IMG/VR virus record: IMGVR_UViG_3300045988_038629
Coordinates: 1-45,441 of that record
Source of the DNA: a virus
Direction: 5' to 3' (one strand)
Length of the DNA stretch: 45,441 nucleotides
Position numbers and translations under genes: made by a program. Under the pieces are notes generated by a model that did not search any database, was not told where the DNA came from, and saw nothing but the letters and a program-made list of their open reading frames with translations. Positions 9,913-18,498 of this stretch are shown here, piece after piece; the first letter of the stretch is position 1, and each line of letters opens with the position of its first letter.

Positions 9913-10485
9913 TTATTTGAGGTTCAACATCTCATTCAGCTTATCTTTATAAGCTTGCTCTTCTTCACTGAGACGTGTTTTTATGTCAATTGTGTTTTTA
10001 TTTTCTTGATAGAATTTCTTTTCCCATTTATCCAGGCGTTCGCCCTTCGCCTTTTTAGAGCGGATTCCAACAACTGTGTTAAACAGGCATTCACCGGATT
10101 CCATGAAATATCCGAAGAATGTCCACCAGTGCATATACGGCACGGCTCTGATTTCTTTACCAGCAACCTTGTTCACCGCCGGAACGATCATATCTCCGTC
10201 TTGTTCCCAGTCCATTAACCGGGGTTTAGGGTGGTTCGGATTATTGTCAGATTGTCCGCAGTCGATGAACTCCGATGCTTTTTGACAAGCTTCATCCAGA
10301 CACTCAACCGGTATGCTTTGCCAATCCTCGAATAGAATCTGTAACATAACAACTGCTTTCGCCTGTTCATCCAGCTCTGGGTCATTCATGGCAATGAGAA
10401 TGTCAATAATTACTCGAAAATCGGTTCTAATAGAAAAATCCACCCCACTTATATTGAGTGAGGTGGGAAGCTCATAGGCGGTCAT
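9913..10485 (-). CDS. Tail assembly protein (Phage_Gp15-like)
   Basis: ELPTSLNISGVDFSIRTDFRVIIDIL... pattern. Sits immediately upstream of the TMP gene and overlaps the previous gene by ATGA. Confidence 0.55.
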   Translation of the reverse strand: MTAYELPTSLNISGVDFSIRTDFRVIIDILIAMNDPELDEQAKAVVMLQILFEDWQSIPVECLDEACQKASEFIDCGQSDNNPNHPKPRLMDWEQDGDMIVPAVNKVAGKEIRAVPYMHWWTFFGYFMESGECLFNTVVGIRSKKAKGERLDKWEKKFYQENKNTIDIKTRLSEEEQAYKDKLNEMLNLK

Positions 10486-10907
10486 TTTGCATACTTCTCC
10501 GTATACTTATTGACTGCTGCCTGCATTTTCTTTTTTCTCTTTTCGATTTCCGGTGTGATTGCATCTGCGATTTTGTCAAGTACGATATAGGCGAATACCT
10601 GTCCGTTTCCAAACACGGTGGTTGCTGTGATCGGCTCTTTGAACAGGTCTTTTGATGCTTCATATCCGAGCAGATAGTTGATTTTGTCTTCGATCTGTTT
10701 ATTCAGTTCAGCCATTTCTTTACCAGACGTGACTTTCTGGATAGGCTCTTTAAGCTGTTCAAAGTATTCTGCCGTTTCTTCTGCACGTGCTGCTACATTG
10801 ATATCGGTCGGATTCAGTCTGAAAAAAGAAAAAACTTCGTCTTCGTTGTTGGTAAATGTGAATATAAAAATTCCATCATCAATTTTGGTATTAATTACTT
10901 TTGCCAT
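10482..10907 (-). CDS. Tail assembly chaperone
   Basis: Acidic 141-aa protein between the major tail and Gp15-like genes. Confidence 0.5.
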   Translation of the reverse strand: MAKVINTKIDDGIFIFTFTNNEDEVFSFFRLNPTDINVAARAEETAEYFEQLKEPIQKVTSGKEMAELNKQIEDKINYLLGYEASKDLFKEPITATTVFGNGQVFAYIVLDKIADAITPEIEKRKKKMQAAVNKYTEKYAK

Positions 10908-10933
10908 TTAACGCATCCTCCTTGTATATGTGC

Positions 10934-11434
10934 TTATTCGCTGTCAGCTGTGAATGTACCGGAACTGATATCAAATTTTCCTTTTACACGCTCGCCAACA
11001 TAGTTAACGGTAAACGGAATCTGATAGCCGGATGTATCGCCGCCGTAGGAGGTCGGCACAACGTAGCACTCCTGCTGATATGCTTCGTACTTGCCTGCTG
11101 TGGCTTCTGTCCAGAGATGAACCTCAACTGCTTTTGTTTTGAGGTTATCGTCTTTGAGACGTCCATCTACGATCTTCTGTAATGCTGTGAACAGATCAGA
11201 AGTGGTATCTGCATAGAACGGATCAGCATCAGAAGAAACTTCGTAGCCGTTATGTTTGAATGTGGATTCTCCAAGAATGTTTTTAGATGTTTCAGTATCT
11301 GGATTGAGTTCTACGTTATACTCTTCCAGATCTTTTCCAAGACGTTCATACTTCGGTGTCAGTCCTCCACAGAGAGAACCTGCATCGATATAATGAGCCA
11401 TATATTTACGGTCAATCTTGCCTGTAACTGCCAT
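10934..11434 (-). CDS. Major tail protein
   Basis: 166-aa beta-rich protein in the canonical position with a strong RBS. A conserved palindromic element lies upstream. Confidence 0.75.
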   Translation of the reverse strand: MAVTGKIDRKYMAHYIDAGSLCGGLTPKYERLGKDLEEYNVELNPDTETSKNILGESTFKHNGYEVSSDADPFYADTTSDLFTALQKIVDGRLKDDNLKTKAVEVHLWTEATAGKYEAYQQECYVVPTSYGGDTSGYQIPFTVNYVGERVKGKFDISSGTFTADSE

Positions 11435-11475
11435 AGAAATGTCCTTTCTGCCTATAACTTTTAAAAGGCTGTGTA

Positions 11476-11508
11476 GGTTAGCGACTATCTCTAATTGATA
11501 GCCGGTTG
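11476..11508. promoter_or_regulatory. 33-bp imperfect palindrome GGTTAGCGACTATCTCTAATTGATAGCCGGTTG upstream of the major tail gene
   Basis: Paralogous to 15243..15275, which lies upstream of the capsid gene. Confidence 0.5.
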
Positions 11509-11515
11509 TTACTTG

Positions 11516-12025
11516 TTATATTACTTCATAAGTATTTTCATAGCGTACTGACAATGGCAATAACCAGTCCTGTACGCCACTCTCCTGTGGCTCTAAACCA
11601 TAGGAATTATCATGGGTTATACGTTTTATCACTCGCCCCTGTGAAAGCTCTGGAAAAGCATTTAAGCGCGTCTCAGAGCCGTTTATGATAACTGGTTCCC
11701 GGCATATCCATTTACCGAGATTGTCCAGGAACTTCTGAACAGATAACTTCTGCCGTTCTTTGTCTGATGCCGTGCGGTAAACCACATAAAATGGGTACTG
11801 GCATACCTGATGCATCACTCCGCATACATCTTCCTTTTCCGAATAGATTAAAGCTCCGTTGTCTGCCGAGAAAGCGATTCCGGAATCTTTGCCGAGTTCT
11901 TCAAATTTGATTGTTTCATTTTCGTATAGCCCTGGATACTGATTCAGAAGTGCTTTCATGGCATCTGTCAAAATCTCATATCCGGTTGCATCTTTTCCGA
12001 TAGGTTTATCCGCCATGTCTGCCAC
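11516..12025 (-). CDS. Head-tail connector/tail terminator (Minor_capsid_3-like)
   Basis: Position and size. Overlaps the upstream gene. Confidence 0.5.
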   Translation of the reverse strand: MADMADKPIGKDATGYEILTDAMKALLNQYPGLYENETIKFEELGKDSGIAFSADNGALIYSEKEDVCGVMHQVCQYPFYVVYRTASDKERQKLSVQKFLDNLGKWICREPVIINGSETRLNAFPELSQGRVIKRITHDNSYGLEPQESGVQDWLLPLSVRYENTYEVI

Positions 12026-12497
12026 CTCCTGCCTGTGCTTTTACCTTGCGAAGCCATGTGTCACCGTATTGTCGCTTAGCAGCATCGAACCACTTTGCCT
12101 GTGCTCGTGGATGAGCCTGTTTGGTGTATTCAAGATTTTCCTTTGCGGCTGTCTGACCAGAAAACTGACTAACAAGAACTTTCTTTGCTCCACGTCTTGC
12201 GTAGGGACTTCCAGTTGCTTCATCAACCATTCCTTTCCCCTCGTACAGAAAACGCCCATAAGGAGCCGCCGCCGCGCATACTTTCCCAGTTCCTTGCAAA
12301 GATGTACTCTCAACTCTTGTCCGATTGATAAAATTTCCGGTAATCATTGGCATAAATGGAACCATGCTGTCCATAACCATTCCGTCAAGGAGATACTGGG
12401 CTTCTTGATACTGTCTGGAAAACCTGTCCATATTCAGCTTGATTTTCATATCTCCATCGACTATGGAGAATCCTTTGAAATGATGAATCTTACTCAT
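12006..12497 (-). CDS. Head-tail connector (Minor_capsid_1/HK97 gp10-like)
   Basis: Start set at MSKIHHF (ATG 12495-12497), 1 nt after the upstream stop. Basic C-terminus. Confidence 0.55.
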   Translation of the reverse strand: MSKIHHFKGFSIVDGDMKIKLNMDRFSRQYQEAQYLLDGMVMDSMVPFMPMITGNFINRTRVESTSLQGTGKVCAAAAPYGRFLYEGKGMVDEATGSPYARRGAKKVLVSQFSGQTAAKENLEYTKQAHPRAQAKWFDAAKRQYGDTWLRKVKAQAGGGRHGG

Positions 12498-12498
12498 A

Positions 12499-12960
12499 TT
12501 ACTTACCCAGAATCTCAAAATGTGGAATCAGCGTATACGGACCGCCTACACTGGTAATCTTAAACACGTTGTCCTTGTTCTCATTCATGTACTGGTAGAA
12601 TCCATTCCGATAATCACCATCAGATACCGTTCCACCAGTCCACTCACCCTCCCAGAAGAATGATTCATCTGAGAATGTAATAGTGTCTTCCAGAGCGTTG
12701 TTAATCTGCCTTTTCCACTCTTTAACTGGCACCCATGGGAGAACCTTACCATTCTTGTCAGTAATGGTTATATCGCCATTCTGAACAGTATAACGAATGT
12801 GTAACTGTGCGTTGTCAGTTGCGTCTGGTCCGTACTTTTTAAGAATTGCCCCCTTGTCCGTAATGAGGTCAACACCGGATAAAACATGAGGATACCAGTA
12901 CGCGTCTCCTGTCGTGGCTGATTCGTAATAGTCAAAAATCGTCACCGTTTTTTCGTACAT
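12499..12960 (-). CDS. Head closure/head-tail adaptor protein
   Basis: Position within the connector block. Confidence 0.45.
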   Translation of the reverse strand: MYEKTVTIFDYYESATTGDAYWYPHVLSGVDLITDKGAILKKYGPDATDNAQLHIRYTVQNGDITITDKNGKVLPWVPVKEWKRQINNALEDTITFSDESFFWEGEWTGGTVSDGDYRNGFYQYMNENKDNVFKITSVGGPYTLIPHFEILGK

Positions 12961-12976
12961 GATACCCTCTCCTTAA

Positions 12977-13246
12977 TTATTCTTTCTGCACTGTCTGCTT
13001 AATAACCTGATTCACGCCAGTTGCCGACAATCCGTTAAACATACCGACTGCGACTGCTGTGATATAATCTGTTGCCGGGAAATCTGGGATAACTCTCATC
13101 CCGACAGCTCCGAGAATTCCGCCAATAACCGCCATGATTACCGGAATCCATTCATCGGAGATTCTTTTTGATGCTTTACAGCCCATTCCTACGATGTAGC
13201 AAATCATAACGATTGCAATACATGAGCCTAATGTTGAAATGTCCAT
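12977..13246 (-). CDS. Holin, Listeria A118 Hol118-like (Phage_holin_5 type)
   Basis: 89 aa with 3 hydrophobic segments. The pattern K..ISDEWIPVIMAVIGGILGA...GMFNGLSATGVNQVIKQT parallels Hol118's KWLPTVSILIGAILGA...GAGGTGLFEQF. Confidence 0.65.
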   Translation of the reverse strand: MDISTLGSCIAIVMICYIVGMGCKASKRISDEWIPVIMAVIGGILGAVGMRVIPDFPATDYITAVAVGMFNGLSATGVNQVIKQTVQKE

Positions 13247-13258
13247 ATAGTCACTCCT

Positions 13259-13519
13259 TTATGCTCCAAAATTCAGAGAAAAAGGCTCTCGTAAAGCCTT
13301 ATATATTTCTCTTTCAATATCATCTTTATATACCGTTGTGAGTACACCACCGACATTTATAGCCTTTGTTTCTCTCATAAGTGGCTGTGATGCTTCTTCT
13401 ATAATGTCTGCATCCAAATAGGCTACTCCAACATTTTTACCGCTCCAACACTGTTGTTTGTCTGGACAGCTTTCACAGTCTTTTCGCATATCTAAATAAG
13501 CTTTTTTATTGCAAATCAT
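13259..13519 (-). CDS. Hypothetical protein (CxxC...C motif)
   Basis: ATG at 13517-13519 is preceded by GGGGTG. No family recognised. Confidence 0.5.
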   Translation of the reverse strand: MICNKKAYLDMRKDCESCPDKQQCWSGKNVGVAYLDADIIEEASQPLMRETKAINVGGVLTTVYKDDIEREIYKALREPFSLNFGA

Positions 13520-13521
13520 AC

Positions 13522-14016
13522 TCACACCCCCGCATATAAAATCGGTATCCCATCATCCGTCCTTACTCCCATCAGAAGCGGCAAAGCCGTCTTTAAGAGT
13601 AAGTCGTTCGTTTTCTGCGCATCTCCGGCGGCGGCATATACCGCGCTCCATTCTTTTGCACTCGCCCCAATCTGTTGAGGTGTTGCGTAAGAGATGGATT
13701 CACTGCCAGAAGATACAGATGTTACAATGCCTGTCGAGATGTTCCCGACATTTATGTCGGTTACATTTGCCGATGCCTGATTAATTGCATTCTTTTCGGC
13801 AAGCTCAATCTGATACATTAATTCAGCCAATGAACAGACTGCCTTTTTGATACGCTTCTGTGAGCGTTCGTTTGTTGGTAGTCCGTCCACCAACCTGTCG
13901 GATGTCATTAAATCCACAAAATCACTGGCTTTTTCTGCCAGTCGGGGAAAGTCGGCTTCTGGCACGACTGAGCCGAAGTATGAAGTTGTGTAAAATTCAT
14001 AATCTGCATAAGCCAT
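13522..14016 (-). CDS. Head-tail connector (gp6/YqbG-like, Phage_connect_1-type)
   Basis: N-terminus AYADYEFYTTSYFG...ADFPRLAEKASDFVD, typical of this family. Directly follows the capsid gene. Confidence 0.6.
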   Translation of the reverse strand: MAYADYEFYTTSYFGSVVPEADFPRLAEKASDFVDLMTSDRLVDGLPTNERSQKRIKKAVCSLAELMYQIELAEKNAINQASANVTDINVGNISTGIVTSVSSGSESISYATPQQIGASAKEWSAVYAAAGDAQKTNDLLLKTALPLLMGVRTDDGIPILYAGV

Positions 14017-14037
14017 GCCAGTTACCTCCCACGATCA

Positions 14038-15204
14038 TCATTTTGCTGTTACAGTCGCATGTCCGGCGCTCAGTGCTTTATAGGTACTGTCGCACTCAAC
14101 CACTGTGATTACCTGTCCTGTTGTTGCTGTAATGTCGGATTCTCCATCCCATGCGCTCCAGTTCTTCACGTTCTGTCCATAGTCTACGGTAGTCTCAGAA
14201 GATGCGACTTTGTACTTGTACACATTTCCTGCGCTTGCTTTTGTCGGAGTGACAGTCACTTTTGTATCTCCGCTTTTACTTCCTGCTGCGGAGTTTACAG
14301 TGAGAGTTCCAAGTGTCTGAGTTGTGTTGATAGTTCCGACAGCAACAGCGTCAATATATTCTGCAAAGAGGGTAAGTCCCATGATCGCGAATGATTCAGA
14401 CACTGCTGTGTGGTAGTTGCCCTGTGTATGGAATCCGATCAGATTTGTTTCACCGGATACAGTATATACAAGACCCGCTCTTGCAAAATCAGATTCGTTC
14501 GGGTCAACATAGTACAGAACGATATTTTCAACAGGTGTAGCGATTACTGTTCCTCGCGGAATTTCACTGTCAGACAGTAAGAAAATCGTATTGAATCCCA
14601 GGAAGTCTTTCACATACTGGAAGCCGAACTGGTTCTGAATAGAAATCTCAGCTGCTCCGATATACTCGTACACGTCCAGAATATTTACAAACCCAACAAC
14701 GCCAGTTACATTTCTGTGCATTTGTTTGAATTTGTTTTCTACACGACCTTTAGCCATTGCCAGAGCCATCTGGAAAGTGGTTTCCGTGAATGAGAGAGTA
14801 CCTGTTTTCAGATAGTTGTAAAATCTTTCAGTAACATTGGTCTGAAGTTGAAAGAGGAATTCATCATCGGTCATCTGAACAGCGTTCTCGTAACCGTGAT
14901 CCTTGATTGCTTCGATAGATACAGCCTTTGCGTATTTCTCAATAGTCATTTCTGCATAAGGCTTTTCTTTTACAGTGAATTTGCTGTAAGGGATTTCTTC
15001 ACCCTCTTTAACATTTCCATCCTGCAATGTGCCTTCTGCGTATTTAGATTTCAGTACAGCACCCGGCTGTTTTTTGATTGGACGCATGATACCAAGAATC
15101 TCACGCAAGTGTTCCCAGTTTCTTTCAAATCTGGTGACGAAGTCAATCTCACGTGCTGTGACCCGAATATCATTACTCATAATAAGATTAGCTTTTGCTG
15201 CCAT
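14038..15204 (-). CDS. Major capsid protein (HK97 fold) with a C-terminal Ig-like domain
   Basis: 388 aa, following the scaffold gene. The C-terminal ~90 aa, TLTVNSAAGSKSGDTKVTVTP...ATVTAK, is Big_2-like. Confidence 0.85.
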   Translation of the reverse strand: MAAKANLIMSNDIRVTAREIDFVTRFERNWEHLREILGIMRPIKKQPGAVLKSKYAEGTLQDGNVKEGEEIPYSKFTVKEKPYAEMTIEKYAKAVSIEAIKDHGYENAVQMTDDEFLFQLQTNVTERFYNYLKTGTLSFTETTFQMALAMAKGRVENKFKQMHRNVTGVVGFVNILDVYEYIGAAEISIQNQFGFQYVKDFLGFNTIFLLSDSEIPRGTVIATPVENIVLYYVDPNESDFARAGLVYTVSGETNLIGFHTQGNYHTAVSESFAIMGLTLFAEYIDAVAVGTINTTQTLGTLTVNSAAGSKSGDTKVTVTPTKASAGNVYKYKVASSETTVDYGQNVKNWSAWDGESDITATTGQVITVVECDSTYKALSAGHATVTAK

Positions 15205-15242
15205 ATAAAAAATCCTTTCTACCCATAATTGTTAAGGTATTG

Positions 15243-15275
15243 GGTTAGCGGCTATACTCTGGCGTATAGTCGGTG
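15243..15275. promoter_or_regulatory. 33-bp imperfect palindrome GGTTAGCGGCTATACTCTGGCGTATAGTCGGTG upstream of the capsid gene
   Basis: Same length and same flanks as 11476..11508. Confidence 0.5.
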
Positions 15276-15283
15276 CAAAAAAA

Positions 15284-15919
15284 TCACTGGAATAACTGGA
15301 TACTCTGTGCAATTGCAGCCTGTCTCTCAGACGGGTCTTTAATTGCTTCGATATCTTTCTTTGTCATACTTCCCGGTGTCTGCTGATGTCCAATCCGCGC
15401 TGTTGCAAATCTCGCTTGTCGCTGCTGGGCCTGCTGCTGACTTTCATCTACAAATGTATCAGGTTCATCCTGTTTCATCTGTTCAAGCAGATCATTAAGT
15501 CCAAGAATCTTTCCGTCCTTAAGCTTAAGACCAGCTGATTTGATATCAGCAATAACAGATCTTTTAGCTGCTGGAGATGAAAAATTAACATTTTCCAATG
15601 CAGTTTTAAGAGCATCGTCAAAATCTCTTTCGTAGATTTTCGCATTGAATTCTTTCTCTGCGTCCTCAGCTTTCTTCTTCCATCCAGCAAGCTCTGTCTG
15701 AATGTTCGCCGGGTCGATACCGTCAAACCCTTTCAAGGTTTCCTCTGCTGTCTCGGCACGTTCTTTCCAGTTATCTCGTTCTCCCTCAACTTTTAACAGA
15801 GTTTTTGCAACTTCCTTGGCGTTCTTATAATGCTCAGAAAGCGCCTTTTTCACATCTGCTTGTTTATCCTCCGGGATTTCAATTCCAAATGATTTTAATG
15901 TGTCAATAAGTTTCTGCAT
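15284..15919 (-). CDS. Scaffolding protein (Phage_GP20-like)
   Basis: Charged coiled-coil protein. Start set at MQKLIDTL (ATG 15917-15919, GGAGGA RBS), because the upstream ORF extension runs into a tRNA. Confidence 0.7.
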   Translation of the reverse strand: MQKLIDTLKSFGIEIPEDKQADVKKALSEHYKNAKEVAKTLLKVEGERDNWKERAETAEETLKGFDGIDPANIQTELAGWKKKAEDAEKEFNAKIYERDFDDALKTALENVNFSSPAAKRSVIADIKSAGLKLKDGKILGLNDLLEQMKQDEPDTFVDESQQQAQQRQARFATARIGHQQTPGSMTKKDIEAIKDPSERQAAIAQSIQLFQ

Positions 15920-15996
15920 ATATATCCTCCTGGTCGTGTTTATTGACCTGCCGCCGCAGGTAAATGGATTAAGCCAGTTAGACCACTGGCAAGGTA

Positions 15997-16069
15997 ATGA
16001 AATAGGCGGAATCGAACCGCCGACACGCACCCTATGCGGATGTTGCTCTACCAACTGCGCTATATTTCA
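15997..16069 (-). tRNA. tRNA-like gene with anticodon CAU (Met/Ile2-type), atypical
   Basis: Hand-folded cloverleaf: acceptor TGAAATA/TATTTCA, D arm GCGC-AGTTGGTA-GAGC, T arm GGCGG-TTCGATT-CCGCC. The anticodon loop CGCATAG has G33 instead of U33, and the first pair is U1-A72. Confidence 0.5.
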
Positions 16070-16134
16070 CTGCGCTTTTCGAACTGCCCAGCAGTTAACA
16101 GGATAAGCGTTAACCTTTTCAACATGTTGAATCA

Positions 16135-16224
16135 TGGGAAAGATAGGAATTGAACCTATAATGTTTACCACGAGGGGACGGATTTACAGTCCGCCGTAAC
16201 ACCGCCAATCGTTACCGCTTTCCC
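16135..16224 (-). tRNA. tRNA-Tyr (GUA), class II with long variable arm
   Basis: Acceptor GGGAAAG/CTTTCCC, anticodon arm GCGGA-CTGTAAA-TCCGT, T arm ATAGG-TTCAATT-CCTAT, discriminator A. Confidence 0.8.
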
Positions 16225-16509
16225 ATAACCCGGATTCCCGGGTTAGCAAGGTATTTATCGTGTTATGCCTGCCACTATCCGACTTTCACGGAGATGTTGT
16301 TTCATTTACAAGGAGGTGTTACCAGTCAGTCAAACTGGCTAATGAATATGCCGGAAATTGCACCCGCTTTTCAACCTCCAGATTCCGCTCAAATCTGCTT
16401 CATCTGTTTCTCTTAAGGGCATATTCGCAAAGAAAGGAGGACATGAAACGAAAAAGAAAGCAAAAACTTCTAATCAGCAAGCCCTACAAGGTTCACCACG
16501 CCTTGCAAG

Positions 16510-16553
16510 ATTATAGTATCACATTCTTTTAAAAAAGTTGTCCCCACATTTTG
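16510..16553 (-). promoter_or_regulatory. Candidate late promoter (AAAATGTGGGGACAA + 22 nt + TATAAT) upstream of the tRNAs/scaffold/capsid
   Basis: The 15-mer TTGTCCCCACATTTT is identical to 26280-26294. TATAAT (minus strand) lies at 16510-16515. Confidence 0.5.
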
Positions 16554-16558
16554 TCAAA

Positions 16559-17122
16559 TCAAAGCATATTTCTTAATTTCTCAACGTATCTCTTAACAAG
16601 ATCACGTTCTTCCCGGCACTCTGCGTCCTTGGACATATCGCTCATTTCTGTTGTAAGTTCATCCAGATGTTCTTCCAATGCGGCAAGCATCTTTCTCTTG
16701 CAGTCCTCAGATTTGCCGGAACGATAGCTCTGTTTCTGTGTCATATAGTCACTGTAAGTATCTCGCCCATCAGATCGACTGTAATTTTCTCTTCCAGTTC
16801 CGTAGTTGCGACTTTCATCGCCGTAAGAGCTTCCACGATCATAATCCGGGTACATCATTCTTCCATCGCTGCGGCTGTATCTCCCCATGCCGCCACGTTT
16901 TCTTCCGCGCTCGCTGTAATCGTCATTGTATCCGCTACGCATTTCATCAAGGACGGCGTTGTAATACTCCGCTTTCTTATCCCAGTACTGCGTGTTCTTT
17001 ATATCTTTGTACATATCAATCAGCTTGTATGTCATTTCCAGGTTTCCAGTGGTCAGTCCACTGTCAGCAATTTTGGACAGTTCGTCTTCAATTCTTGCAC
17101 ATAAATCTTTAATGTCTCTCAT
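16559..17122 (-). CDS. Hypothetical protein: helical ends flanking an R/S/Y/D/G-rich low-complexity core
   Basis: GGAGGT RBS 6 nt before the ATG at 17120-17122. Core sequence YSERGRKRGGMGRYSRSDGRMMYPDYDRGSSYGDESRNYGTGRENYSRSDGRDTYSDY. Confidence 0.65.
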   Translation of the reverse strand: MRDIKDLCARIEDELSKIADSGLTTGNLEMTYKLIDMYKDIKNTQYWDKKAEYYNAVLDEMRSGYNDDYSERGRKRGGMGRYSRSDGRMMYPDYDRGSSYGDESRNYGTGRENYSRSDGRDTYSDYMTQKQSYRSGKSEDCKRKMLAALEEHLDELTTEMSDMSKDAECREERDLVKRYVEKLRNML

Positions 17123-17133
17123 AATCACACCTC

Positions 17134-17553
17134 CTACGCTTCTCTGGTCACAACAATGTTCGCATTTGCAACAGAAATAGCCTGATCGCTTGTGTTCTCT
17201 ACTGCAATATTAACGCAACATCCACGAGGTACATCAATATAGATGCCAGAGGACACATTGTTATACTGGTCTACTGCTGCCGGTGTGGAAATCATCTGAG
17301 AAGAAAGAACCGGTTCGCCAGAGATTGCAATAGCCAGAGAAATAGCTCCGACAGTGCCTCCTGTTGGAATTGCGATATTTCCAGAAAAATCCACGAAGAA
17401 TCTCGCTTTGCACTGATTAGTCAGTCCTCTCAGCGTAATAATTCCGCTTCCCTCTCTGTGCTGAATGCAGTTACCTTTAACTGCTGTGTTTGAAAATACT
17501 ACATTCCCTTTTGCTGCTACAGTCTGAGCAGCTACATTTGTAAATTCTGCCAT
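17134..17553 (-). CDS. Hypothetical all-beta protein, possible BclA-C/C1q-TNF-like jelly roll
   Basis: AAAGGAG RBS. The pattern VVFSNTAVKGN.IQH..GSG.ITL...ISLAIAISGEPV...IAVENTSDQAISV.NANIVVTR recalls the BclA C-terminal domain; this is recollection only. Confidence 0.6.
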   Translation of the reverse strand: MAEFTNVAAQTVAAKGNVVFSNTAVKGNCIQHREGSGIITLRGLTNQCKARFFVDFSGNIAIPTGGTVGAISLAIAISGEPVLSSQMISTPAAVDQYNNVSSGIYIDVPRGCCVNIAVENTSDQAISVANANIVVTREA

Positions 17554-17575
17554 AAAAATACTCCTTTCATATCAC

Positions 17576-17600
17576 AAAAGGACAGGTCTCAGCCTGCCCC
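17576..17600 (-). terminator. Possible weak attenuator/terminator inside the cassette
   Basis: Minus strand: GGGGCAGG-CTGAGA-CCTGTCCT followed by TTTGTG. Confidence 0.3.
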
Positions 17601-17664
17601 TCTGTGTAATACGGCATAAGCCGACATCCGAAATCAATCGAAAGATACTCTCGATATGAAGTTA

Positions 17665-18444
17665 TCAGCAATTACATCCAGTGTTGCATCCACATCCGTA
17701 ATATGTGTTTGGGTTAGGAACCTGATATGCCGGAATCGGTGCCGGATTGATTGCATTAATGAGCTGCTGTGTCTGAGATGCCATTGCAGTTGTAAGAAGT
17801 GCGCTCTGGCGATCCTGAGAAGCGGCGCGTCTGAGGTCGTTGTTTTCAGCCTGCAGGTTAGAAATCTTTTCATTGCAAAGATAATCAAGAATTGCTCTTG
17901 TTCCTGCGTTCTGGCTGTCAATAATGTCTCTTGTGTTGCTGTTCATGGTGTTCTGGATTGTACAAGCATTGGTGGCCATATCGTATCTGATCTGCGCCTG
18001 TCCCGCTCTGTTGTCGCAGCAACACTGAGCTAACTGAGACTGCAATGCGTTTGTATTCTGCATATTCGCTACAGTATCGGCATTGATTGCCTGCTGGATT
18101 CCAAAGCCGGTCTGCATAATATTCGTATTGATGCCGTTGAATCCGGTAAGCATACCGTTGTTCACTGCATAGAATCCATCACAGAGGCCGTTATTGATTC
18201 CGTCAAGCTTGCTGATTACTGCGGAGTTATCAAATCCTCTCTGAATGTCTGCCTGAGTAGCTGCTGTGGCTGCATATCCACCGCCGTTGCCATTATTGCC
18301 CCAGCCGTTGTTTCCCCATCCGAAGAAAGCAAAAATGAATAAAACAATAATCCACCAGCTGCCATCTCCACCAAACATGCCGTCATTATTTCTACCGTTT
18401 CCAGTAGCGGCGGCAATGTCTGCTAAACTATAATTTCCATCCAT
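17665..18444 (-). CDS. Hypothetical membrane-anchored Q/N-rich protein with a Cys-rich C-terminus
   Basis: TM WWIIVLFIFAFFGW flanked by G/N runs. Internal QCCCDN. C-terminal YYGCGCNTGCNC. AAAGGAG RBS. Confidence 0.65.
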   Translation of the reverse strand: MDGNYSLADIAAATGNGRNNDGMFGGDGSWWIIVLFIFAFFGWGNNGWGNNGNGGGYAATAATQADIQRGFDNSAVISKLDGINNGLCDGFYAVNNGMLTGFNGINTNIMQTGFGIQQAINADTVANMQNTNALQSQLAQCCCDNRAGQAQIRYDMATNACTIQNTMNSNTRDIIDSQNAGTRAILDYLCNEKISNLQAENNDLRRAASQDRQSALLTTAMASQTQQLINAINPAPIPAYQVPNPNTYYGCGCNTGCNC

Positions 18445-18498
18445 AGTTATAATCTCCTTTATTGTGTATTTACATCAATCTGGCCAGATTGTAATGTA

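Noticed and set aside
9913-10907. Programmed -1 frameshift (G/GT-type) in the tail chaperone genes
   Set aside because: The second ORF starts with its own ATG in an ATGA overlap, and I saw no slippery heptamer at the junction.
15920-16054. N-terminal extension of the scaffold ORF (MVEQHPHRV...)
   Set aside because: It overlaps the antisense of a tRNA T-arm and has no RBS. The ATG at 15917-15919 follows a GGAGGA RBS.
16260-16532. 90-aa plus-strand ORF in the tRNA leader region
   Set aside because: It has no RBS at its start. The internal ATG (16443) sits only about 2 nt after GGAGGA. The region is better explained as a minus-strand leader.
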